From: a virus | Taxonomy: Duplodnaviria; Caudoviricetes | Strand: one strand, 5' to 3' | DNA: 28,932 nucleotides | IMG/VR virus record: IMGVR_UViG_3300030376_004926 | Span: 1-28,932 of that record | Shown here: piece by piece, positions 18,728 to 25,833 of the stretch | Position numbering within the stretch: position 1 is the stretch's first letter | How the letters are laid out: each line of letters opens with the position of its first letter | Notes under the pieces: generated by a model | Databases searched by the model: none | The model's input: the letters and a program-made list of their open reading frames with translations, nothing else | Told to the model about the DNA's origin: nothing | Program-made: the position numbers and the translations under genes

Positions 18728-18803
18728 CCTAGGATACTACGAGTATTTTCAGAGGTTCGCAACCTTACCTAGGCTCTATGCTCAAGACGAGCATTAACAC
18801 ACA
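18726..18803 (+). ncRNA. tRNA-like element, copy 1 (most divergent)
   Basis: AGCCTAGG/CCTAGGCT stem, ATACT-ACG-AGTAT hairpin, AGG-TTCGCAA-CCT, then CT, ATGCTC-AAGAC-GAGCAT and AACACACA. Confidence 0.6.
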
Positions 18804-18832
18804 AAAACAAAAATACAGAAAAGGAGAATCTT

Positions 18833-19882
18833 ATGGGATTCAAGAAAAAGTTCAAACCAATTACAGAGCAGGAACATATCGACAGAGTAGTTAAGCCTAT
18901 TCTCGACACAATGGAGAAAGGTCAAGTTCCTTGGCATAAACCTTGGGACGTGTCAATGAATGCACAGGGCACTCTCGTAGCAGGTGTTCAAAAATCCTTA
19001 TCCTCGGGGAAGTTATACGAGGGTTTTAATAGCTTATTATTATCTATAATAGCTAATCAAGAACAGTACAAAAATCGCTATTGGGGAACTTACCTCGGTA
19101 TCAAGAAAGCAGGTGGTCAAATTCGTAAAGGCGAGAAGGGTGTCTATGTCCTCAAGTGGGATTTCATTCCTGTCGTCAAAGGTCAAGACGACTGTACCAA
19201 ATGCAAGGGAGCTATTGTCTACGTGAAGGGTAGAAAACAGCCTTGTACGAAATGCGAATCAGAGAAGATTAGAACATCCATCAAGATGTACTCTTCTGCT
19301 GTTTGGAATTTAGACCAAGCTGATTTTAGCGACGGTGTACCCGAGAAGTACAGACCTACTAAGCCTAAGAAAGTTAAAAAGCCGACCAAGAAAGAAGAGA
19401 AAGCTCGTATTGACCGAGTATGCAAAGAGGCTCAAGCGATTCTTGATGGCTATATTCCTAACCTCAGAGGTGGATTTACTGACGAGAAAATAGAGAGCAA
19501 TGAGGCTTATTACTCTCCATCAAGAGATGCGATTGTTGTGCCTGCTAAAAAGCAATATCCAAGAATCGAGAGCTATTACAGAGTAGCCTTTCACGAGATG
19601 GTTCACTCGACAGGTCACGATTCAAGGCTCAAGAGGTTCAAAGAGTATTCTAGTCATATGCACGGGTCTGCCGACTACAGCAAAGAGGAATTTGTTGCTG
19701 AGATAGGGGCTTGTGTATTATCTAGTTTCTTTGGCACAGAGACAAGCGTCGACCTCGAGAATAGTGGTGCTTATCTTCGCTCTTGGAAGAAGGGCTTAGC
19801 GAACAACAAGAAGGACATCGTCTTCGCTATAGGTCAAGCTATGAAGGCTGTTAATTTCATAGTCGCAGGTGGTAACAAGTAA
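18833..19882 (+). CDS. ardC: ArdC-family antirestriction/ssDNA-binding protein (DUF1738 + zincin-like domain), 349 aa
   Basis: PWHKPW, YEGFNSLLL, GGQIRKGEKG, AYYSPSRD, HEMVHSTGH, YSKEEFVAEIGA; AAGGAG SD. Confidence 0.92.
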   Translation: MGFKKKFKPITEQEHIDRVVKPILDTMEKGQVPWHKPWDVSMNAQGTLVAGVQKSLSSGKLYEGFNSLLLSIIANQEQYKNRYWGTYLGIKKAGGQIRKGEKGVYVLKWDFIPVVKGQDDCTKCKGAIVYVKGRKQPCTKCESEKIRTSIKMYSSAVWNLDQADFSDGVPEKYRPTKPKKVKKPTKKEEKARIDRVCKEAQAILDGYIPNLRGGFTDEKIESNEAYYSPSRDAIVVPAKKQYPRIESYYRVAFHEMVHSTGHDSRLKRFKEYSSHMHGSADYSKEEFVAEIGACVLSSFFGTETSVDLENSGAYLRSWKKGLANNKKDIVFAIGQAMKAVNFIVAGGNK

Positions 19883-19890
19883 ACCACCTT

Positions 19891-19972
19891 AGGGTCAACG
19901 GTTTGCAGAGGGGGTTCGATTCCCCCTCGACCCTCTACGCACAAGCGTATATTAATAATAATAAAACACACA
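19891..19972 (+). ncRNA. tRNA-like element, copy 2
   Basis: AGGGTC/GACCCT stem stacked on GAGGGGG-TTCGATT-CCCCCTC, then CT, ACGC-ACAA-GCGT and AACACACA. Confidence 0.7.
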
Positions 19973-19987
19973 GAAACGGAGTTATTT

Positions 19988-20317
19988 ATGTCACATTTCA
20001 ACGAGGAAGAACAAATCAAGTGCTACGGTTGTACACAGGAAGAAATCGATAATTGGGTAAAGAAAACCATCGACAAGGATTATGTCGGCAACAACGAGAA
20101 AGCCCACGAGCTTGGGATGATGTGTATGTCGATTCTCTCAGATGTTCAGCACGAGCACAATGAGAAAATAAAAAACCAATGGATAAATAAAACTAAATAT
20201 ATCCTCAGCAAGTGGATGATGCGAGATAGTTTATATCTTGACGACATCCTACCGTGCGAGCGTGAAGGTCGTTACTACGATGCTAAGCGACAGCGTACGC
20301 CTTGGGTAAATAAGTAA
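19988..20317 (+). CDS. Hypothetical protein, 109 aa
   Basis: GGAG SD and AACACACA leader. Confidence 0.75.
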   Translation: MSHFNEEEQIKCYGCTQEEIDNWVKKTIDKDYVGNNEKAHELGMMCMSILSDVQHEHNEKIKNQWINKTKYILSKWMMRDSLYLDDILPCEREGRYYDAKRQRTPWVNK

Positions 20318-20349
20318 TTTAATAATAACACACAAAACAGGAGTATCTT

Positions 20350-20814
20350 ATGCTAGTAATTAATAATCAAAAGCAAATAATCCAAGAGATTATCAGAGGG
20401 TCGGTATTGGTAACCGAGTTAACCGACAGAGTCATCGACCCTAATGATGATATACTTAACTCTGCAATAAGCTATAATAAACGCAATTTAAGGCGTTTAC
20501 AAAGGCTTAGGCGAGAGTGTTTACCCGAACCAAATAATCCAAGCTCAGATATGAGATTTTATATTATGGCTTGGGCTAAGGATGAGCTCAAAGGAGCATC
20601 ACAAGAGGATTTTATAGACTTCTTTGGATGCTTGATATATGGCTTCTTTGAGACAGGAGTAGAGATTAATCAACTTCAGCAGGTAGCCAAAGAGGTGGGA
20701 ATGGACAAGCTAATCTTATCCTTAAGCGATAGCGAGAGGTGGGTATGGCGTAATCTATATCTGCATTGGTTCGATGTCAATTTCGAGTGGTCGCTTATGG
20801 AAGGAGAGTTATAA
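20350..20814 (+). CDS. Hypothetical protein, 154 aa
   Basis: AGGAG SD and AACACACA leader. Confidence 0.75.
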   Translation: MLVINNQKQIIQEIIRGSVLVTELTDRVIDPNDDILNSAISYNKRNLRRLQRLRRECLPEPNNPSSDMRFYIMAWAKDELKGASQEDFIDFFGCLIYGFFETGVEINQLQQVAKEVGMDKLILSLSDSERWVWRNLYLHWFDVNFEWSLMEGEL

Positions 20815-20906
20815 TGAAATTCCTAGAACGAATTGCTTATATATATATTATAATAGCATTTACCTCGGTAATCATTCAATTTATTTACTTGTTGTTTACC
20901 AAGTAA
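20814..20906 (+). CDS. 30-aa membrane peptide
   Basis: MKFLERIAYIYIIIAFTSVIIQFIYLLFTK; TAATG overlap and AAGGAG SD; below the ORF-track cutoff. Confidence 0.6.
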   Translation: MKFLERIAYIYIIIAFTSVIIQFIYLLFTK

Positions 20907-20944
20907 AATTAGTTTAATTTATCTAACAACACACAGGAGTCAGA

Positions 20945-21274
20945 ATGAAACAAAAAGCACAAGAGTGGGTCAAGTGCATACCCGATTACTTGCTTGGGTT
21001 TCCCGAGCCTATCGAGCAGTTCGGTACGCTTGTAAAGAAACCTAATGCCAAGCATAGGGTATTCCATCCCATTGTCAAAGTTAATCCTATAACCGAGACG
21101 GTCAGCTTTGGAGAACCTCACGAGGATGTGGGCTTAAGAGCTATTCAAGTTCTTAAAACCTACGAGAATCCTCTTGACTGTTGCAGAGAGTGGGTAGGTT
21201 CTAAACCTAAACGCATAGAGCAATACAAAAAGCAAGTCGAGCAAAGGAAGAGGAAGGTATCTTATGGCAGATAG
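20945..21274 (+). CDS. Hypothetical protein, 109 aa
   Basis: AGGAG SD and AACACACA leader. Confidence 0.75.
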   Translation: MKQKAQEWVKCIPDYLLGFPEPIEQFGTLVKKPNAKHRVFHPIVKVNPITETVSFGEPHEDVGLRAIQVLKTYENPLDCCREWVGSKPKRIEQYKKQVEQRKRKVSYGR

Positions 21275-21557
21275 GAACAAGTACCCACCAACTAAGACAG
21301 CCAAAGCCTTGGCTTATGAGTATGCAAATGCTCATCCAAGAAAGGTAGTCTTAGACAACGGTAAGATTCAACAAAAAGGCAAGTGGTATTGTCCACCTAT
21401 CGAGCCTGTAACGCTTTGCAGGACGTTGGTTGACATAGGCTATCTTTACAAGAAAGTCAAAGGCTCTCCTTGGAAATGGGTTGACGAGTATCGAGTTATG
21501 AAACAAGTCAGAGAGTTTCCATACGAGAGGGAGAATGTTGTCTATGAGTTGGATTAA
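21264..21557 (+). CDS. Hypothetical protein, 97 aa
   Basis: Overlaps the upstream gene; purine-rich SD. Confidence 0.65.
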   Translation: MADRNKYPPTKTAKALAYEYANAHPRKVVLDNGKIQQKGKWYCPPIEPVTLCRTLVDIGYLYKKVKGSPWKWVDEYRVMKQVREFPYERENVVYELD

Positions 21558-21566
21558 TAATATAAC

Positions 21567-21607
21567 TCTTACCCTTGAGCAGATTAATCATCTGCTTAGG
21601 GGTAGGA
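21567..21607 (+). promoter_or_regulatory. 18-bp intergenic RNA hairpin (processing or stability element)
   Basis: TCTTACCCTTGAGCAGAT-TAATC-ATCTGCTTAGGGGTAGGA; three G-U pairs; no U tail. Confidence 0.55.
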
Positions 21608-21644
21608 TAACACTTAAACAAGCGAAGGAGAGAATAACACTACT

Positions 21645-21842
21645 ATGGCAGTTATAGACGTTACGAAAGAGTGGACACCTAAAACCGAGTACGGTAAGGA
21701 AAAAGTCCACGAGACCAAGATGGTCAAGATAGCTATTACCGAAATGGATTGGCGTTACTTAAAGTCTAAAGCTAGTCTTATTGGCGAGAAGTCACAAGAC
21801 TATGCAGGACAAGTTCTAAGAGAACACTTACACAAGCACTAG
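21645..21842 (+). CDS. Putative ribbon-helix-helix DNA-binding protein, 65 aa
   Basis: KMVKIAI strand followed by two helices (EMDWRYLKSKA, QDYAGQVLREHL); AAGGAG SD. Confidence 0.55.
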   Translation: MAVIDVTKEWTPKTEYGKEKVHETKMVKIAITEMDWRYLKSKASLIGEKSQDYAGQVLREHLHKH

Positions 21843-21849
21843 GTAATAC

Positions 21850-21920
21850 AGCCCTGTTTGGAATTACGAGAGTTCGATTCTCTCGCAGGGCTCTGAGTCA
21901 AGATGACTCTTTAACACACA
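21850..21920 (+). ncRNA. tRNA-like element, copy 3
   Basis: AGCCCTG/CAGGGCT stem stacked on CGAGAG-TTCGATT-CTCTCG, then CT, GAGTC-AAGAT-GACTC and AACACACA. Confidence 0.7.
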
Positions 21921-21942
21921 AAAAACGAACAGGAGGTTTACC

Positions 21943-22896
21943 GTGAGTAAATCAGAACAACGACAGCTTAAAGCTGTACCAAAAGAGGCGACAAGAAACG
22001 CCTTGAATTTAATCAAAGAGATAAAAACTTTTGCTCCATACACGAGTAAGAGTATTTATATTAAATCAATAAAGCGACCTAGCCAATGCTACAACGACTT
22101 GGGGCATATCGAATTAGGTAAGAACTATCTTACCAAGGATGGAGATATAGCTATTTACAAGACCAAGATGAAGTTTGGCAAGTTCAACGACAACAGTTGG
22201 TACTCGGGTAACAGGCTTAGCTTTGCTTACTCGTTTGGCGAGAGCTATGATAATCCTAAGCACGTAAAGAAACCTTACAAGGCTTTACAAGTTGCAGAGG
22301 AGCGTCTTAACGACAAGATAAGACACGCTAAGTCCTTGGAGCATAGGAACGTAAAGCAGGCTTACAAAAGAAAGTCTCTTATAGATGCTTTTAGTTTACA
22401 AGAGCAATACTCTCAGCCCGATGTAAATCACAAGTTAGCACAGCTACACGAGCCTAAGTTAATATTCCATTTCCCACGCTGTGAGAAGGTCGATGTCTAC
22501 AACAGGGAATGGGCTATCGAGGTAGAAGACCCTAACCTAACTCATAACCAAGTGCAGTTTGCAATACGCTTTGAGGATTATTCTTCAAGACGTGCACACC
22601 ACTATCGCAACTTGACAGAAGAGAAACTCTTCGGTATTCTTAATCAAGAGTTAGAGCGTAGGATAAAGTACCTAGGTCACGAGCAGAGCAATCTTAGAAC
22701 ATTCTGCCACAACAACATCGAGATAGATGATTATTCCTACAGGAACATCAGAGACAAGACAGGAGACGATGGTAGGTTTGCTTATACTAAGCTAGAATTA
22801 AATAGCTTAAAGCATCTAGGCTTACATTGTTGGGGTAGAGACGACGAGCCTAAGACTGTAATCCTTGACCCTGTGAAAGAGAAAGAGGTGGCTTAA
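21943..22896 (+). CDS. Hypothetical protein, 317 aa (GTG start)
   Basis: AGGAGG SD; long ORF; no family recognised. Confidence 0.8.
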   Translation: MSKSEQRQLKAVPKEATRNALNLIKEIKTFAPYTSKSIYIKSIKRPSQCYNDLGHIELGKNYLTKDGDIAIYKTKMKFGKFNDNSWYSGNRLSFAYSFGESYDNPKHVKKPYKALQVAEERLNDKIRHAKSLEHRNVKQAYKRKSLIDAFSLQEQYSQPDVNHKLAQLHEPKLIFHFPRCEKVDVYNREWAIEVEDPNLTHNQVQFAIRFEDYSSRRAHHYRNLTEEKLFGILNQELERRIKYLGHEQSNLRTFCHNNIEIDDYSYRNIRDKTGDDGRFAYTKLELNSLKHLGLHCWGRDDEPKTVILDPVKEKEVA

Positions 22897-23144
22897 TGAG
22901 AAAACCAAGAGAGTTATCTAATACCTTTGTTAGGAAAGGTACTTGCAGGAATGTTCATATAGTTAACAATAGGCACGAGACACCCGTAGCAAAGGTTCAC
23001 GTGCTGTACCGTGATGGTTGGATGTTCGTCTACAAGGGCATCCACAAGAAAGACGGTGCTGGCTTTTGGGAAATGATTCACAAGTCTCGAGTAAGAGAGG
23101 GGGTTGTGAACAATGAACATCAAGCTAAGAGAGAGAACCTGTAA
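22896..23144 (+). CDS. Hypothetical protein, 82 aa
   Basis: TAATG overlap; GAGG SD. Confidence 0.65.
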   Translation: MRKPRELSNTFVRKGTCRNVHIVNNRHETPVAKVHVLYRDGWMFVYKGIHKKDGAGFWEMIHKSRVREGVVNNEHQAKRENL

Positions 23145-23568
23145 GGGTTGTGGAGTTACTTTCCCTATGGAGATATTCCCACTATCAAACGGTAAAAAGA
23201 AAGACAGGAATGGACAGTTCTACCGTAGACATCGCTGTGGAGAGAATGGTAATAGTTGCTACCACGGTCATAAACGTGACTTACCCTGTGAGAAACGAGC
23301 AAAGCAACGTAGACTAAGGGATTACAAAATGAACTGTTCCTGTTCAGCCAAGGGATGTGGTTATTCTAAAGAAACGCATATTGGCTTTAGCACTTGGGCT
23401 CTTGACTTTCATCATCATAGAAAGAACAAGAAGTTCAATGTTGGCAATATGATACGAGACGGTTACAGTTGGGAGAATATACTTAAAGAAATCAAGAAGT
23501 GTATTGTCTTATGCAACAGATGTCATACCGAGTCTCACGACAGTACAGGATACAGAGACGGTAAATAA
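23113..23568 (+). CDS. HNH endonuclease with Zn-binding motifs, 151 aa
   Basis: CKGC, ALDFHH, EIKKCIVLCNRCH. Confidence 0.8.
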   Translation: MNIKLRERTCKGCGVTFPMEIFPLSNGKKKDRNGQFYRRHRCGENGNSCYHGHKRDLPCEKRAKQRRLRDYKMNCSCSAKGCGYSKETHIGFSTWALDFHHHRKNKKFNVGNMIRDGYSWENILKEIKKCIVLCNRCHTESHDSTGYRDGK

Positions 23569-23572
23569 AAAA

Positions 23573-23610
23573 CAAAAGCCCCTGCCTTATCGGTGGGGGC
23601 TCTTGCTTTC
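23573..23610. terminator. Probable bidirectional terminator between convergent blocks
   Basis: AGCCCCTGCC-TTATC-GGTGGGGGCT with an A-rich left flank and T-rich right flank. Confidence 0.7.
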
Positions 23611-23663
23611 ATTTGTCATACTCGTCTTTTCTTAGTTAAAACATCTAACGCCAACCAAATGCC

Positions 23664-23957
23664 CTAACTCTTTTGTTGAGGTTTTATTCTACCTCTTTTT
23701 ACAAGTTCGTGATATTTCACACGTAACAAGCTCAGGAGTTTAGGGTATTGTTCAGGATGTAGGCAAGACAATGATTTAGTCCACTTAAAATCAAACCTTA
23801 AAACCCACAAGGTTTGTTTAATCCCCATTGCATCCTGTGCTTTATTCCAAGTAAGTATAAAGTCCTTCCATTGAGGATAATCTGTATAGTCCTCTTCCCC
23901 AAAGTATTCTTCAAGCCACTTAGTATTAGTTATTTTTTCGTTCTGCAATTCGGACAT
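23664..23957 (-). CDS. Hypothetical protein, 97 aa
   Basis: ATG with AAGGT SD; last gene of the minus-strand block. Confidence 0.65.
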   Translation of the reverse strand: MSELQNEKITNTKWLEEYFGEEDYTDYPQWKDFILTWNKAQDAMGIKQTLWVLRFDFKWTKSLSCLHPEQYPKLLSLLRVKYHELVKRGRIKPQQKS

Positions 23958-24169
23958 TGTTTTCTTACCTTTCCAAACGTAGGGAAGTCTTTATAATAGT
24001 TAATCCTTTTAATGGCATCTGTCCAAACCTCTTCCCAACATATACCACACGAGCACACGTAGATTCTTTCATCGACAGGTATCTTCTTAGGATTACGACT
24101 TCCCCTTTGTCGTATCTGTTTATCCTTGTTCTTGTCAAGGCTATCTAATATCCAATCAATCGATTTCAG
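23930..24169 (-). CDS. Unannotated Cys-rich Zn-finger-like protein, ~79 aa, with no canonical start codon
   Basis: (L/M)KSIDWILD...VCSCGICWEEVW...YYKDFPTFGKVRKQCPNC; clearly similar to ORF 27444-27755; fills the gap in the operon. Confidence 0.7.
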   Translation of the reverse strand: MKSIDWILDSLDKNKDKQIRQRGSRNPKKIPVDERIYVCSCGICWEEVWTDAIKRINYYKDFPTFGKVRKQCPNCRTKK

Positions 24170-24362
24170 TTTTAGTCTCGGTCTCGCTACCCGATTGGTT
24201 TCTAGAAGTATCTATCTCATCTACGATAGCACGAGCAGTTTGTCTGTCTACGTGACTAACATCTATTTCTGAATAGTCATTCTTTAAAAGCATTTTAAGA
24301 GCTTTATATATAGTATTAACGCCCTCTTGTCCTACACGGTATACCTTGGTATCACTTGTCAT
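24156..24362 (-). CDS. Hypothetical protein, 68 aa
   Basis: GAGG SD; overlaps its neighbours. Confidence 0.6.
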   Translation of the reverse strand: MTSDTKVYRVGQEGVNTIYKALKMLLKNDYSEIDVSHVDRQTARAIVDEIDTSRNQSGSETETKTEID

Positions 24363-24642
24363 TAAAAACGTCCTCTAGTTTTTGGATTACAAAAATATCT
24401 CCCCTATCCTGCTTAAAGAAAACCATATCACAGTTTCCAAGCTCAAGCCATTTAGGAGTAGCCTTCCTGACCTTGCATTGTATTTTAATACCATCTGCGA
24501 GTACATCAACATCTTCAGTATATCCTAATGCAAGACCATTAGAGCCCCAAGCTCTCTTAACATCTTTAAATCCTAACTCTTTAAGTTTGTCAACACATTC
24601 GTGCTCAAACCTATTGCCTTTAGCTTTTGATTTACTAGCCAT
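24352..24642 (-). CDS. Hjc-like Holliday junction resolvase, 96 aa
   Basis: SKAKGNRFE, DVLAD, IQCK PD-(D/E)XK pattern. Confidence 0.75.
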   Translation of the reverse strand: MASKSKAKGNRFEHECVDKLKELGFKDVKRAWGSNGLALGYTEDVDVLADGIKIQCKVRKATPKWLELGNCDMVFFKQDRGDIFVIQKLEDVFNDK

Positions 24643-24952
24643 CTATTGCTCTCCCATATCTTAAATGCCATTCAATAACAGCGTTATAATCTCCATAAGT
24701 AATATCTCCCCATCTATCATCTGATTTTTCTAAAGAATCCCAACACATAATCTCACAGAATTCCCTTCTAAGATACTGAGGCATACTTTTCCAAGTATAT
24801 TTATAATCATAATGAACAACGAAGAAAGAAGACTTATACTTTTCATCTCTAAGTTTCCAATGTAAATCCAAAGTAAATACTTCCTGCCTTTTGCTTTTTA
24901 CTGATTCGTATCCTAAGATTATTGGTTTATTATGTATCATTACTTTCCCCAC
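24635..24952 (-). CDS. Hypothetical protein, 105 aa
   Basis: Overlapping arrangement within the operon. Confidence 0.6.
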   Translation of the reverse strand: MGKVMIHNKPIILGYESVKSKRQEVFTLDLHWKLRDEKYKSSFFVVHYDYKYTWKSMPQYLRREFCEIMCWDSLEKSDDRWGDITYGDYNAVIEWHLRYGRAIDG

Positions 24953-25287
24953 TTCTGTTCCTTTACAAGTGTAGCCATTATACCATAGTTAGATAAATCC
25001 AAAAAGGCATCTTCCATTGGTTCATCAACAGCAGACTTCCTACCCTTCATCAAAAGATTCTTTAACCTTTGAATCTTATCATTCATTCTAAACCATAAGC
25101 CTGTCAAAGATAAAGTGATTTCCTCAGGTGTTTCAAGCTGAGTACCTACTGATATATTCATTGAACCATAGTCGTGTTGCTTACGACAGAACAATTCATA
25201 CTGTTCCTTCTGTAACTCTTTAAAACGAGATGTCATCTCAGGGTATTCTTTTTCCATTAACTTACAATAGTCATTTATTATTTTCAT
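24940..25287 (-). CDS. DUF1599 / nucleotide modification associated domain 1 protein, 115 aa
   Basis: RKQHDYG, GLWFRMNDKIQRL, EDAFLDLSNYGIM. Confidence 0.8.
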   Translation of the reverse strand: MKIINDYCKLMEKEYPEMTSRFKELQKEQYELFCRKQHDYGSMNISVGTQLETPEEITLSLTGLWFRMNDKIQRLKNLLMKGRKSAVDEPMEDAFLDLSNYGIMATLVKEQKWGK

Positions 25288-25709
25288 TGTATATTGTTCT
25301 CCTCTATTGGTGATTTTAAAAATGATTTATAGAAATTTACTTTTTCTACCTGATTGTTCTTTGGCGTATATAAAGCAAATGATACCTGATAAGTTTCATT
25401 CTTCCTATCGTTCCTGTACCATATGATATGAGTCTCTTCATTAACGTGACAGGGAGTAGCTATCCAATCTGCATCCGTACTAGCAATCCGAACTGTAATA
25501 CTTGAAGAGTTAGCCTCTCTCATAGCAGTATGATACTTAACCTGTATTGTTGTATATATATTATTATAATATATTAAATAATCTATGCCAAAGTCATCAA
25601 CAACAGGGGCATAGAGCTTGACCTTATTTTTCAACAGGTAATGCTCTACAATCCCCTGACCTATATAACCCTTGCGAGCTGTGGTTAAGTTCTTATACTT
25701 TGTTTTCAC
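25284..25709 (-). CDS. PD-(D/E)XK endonuclease-like protein, 141 aa
   Basis: KGYIGQ, PVVDDFGIDYL, IQVK. Confidence 0.7.
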   Translation of the reverse strand: MKTKYKNLTTARKGYIGQGIVEHYLLKNKVKLYAPVVDDFGIDYLIYYNNIYTTIQVKYHTAMREANSSSITVRIASTDADWIATPCHVNEETHIIWYRNDRKNETYQVSFALYTPKNNQVEKVNFYKSFLKSPIEENNIQ

Positions 25710-25833
25710 TTTTGAAACTAGCGAACTTGTTTAATGCGTGAACCATTAATACTAATGATAATGATAATAGCAGACACCCCCAAGAAAACAACAGGAATAC
25801 TATTAACATATATGGTACATCAAATAAAATCAT
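25693..25833 (-). CDS. 46-aa membrane protein
   Basis: MILFDVPYMLIVFLLFSWGCLLLSLSLVLMVHALNKFASFKSENKV; ATGA overlap with the upstream stop; GGAG SD. Confidence 0.6.
   Translation of the reverse strand: MILFDVPYMLIVFLLFSWGCLLLSLSLVLMVHALNKFASFKSENKV

Noticed and set aside
18420-18800. CRISPR or mini-array
   Set aside because: The repeat is only 5 nt with irregular spacing, and there are no cas genes.
19891-21892. GTTCGATTC motifs as genuine tRNA genes
   Set aside because: No D arm, anticodon arm or CCA; elements are only ~43 nt. Reported as tRNA-like instead.
23957-24148. 63-aa plus-strand ORF
   Set aside because: Antisense to the better-supported Zn-finger paralog at 23930-24169.
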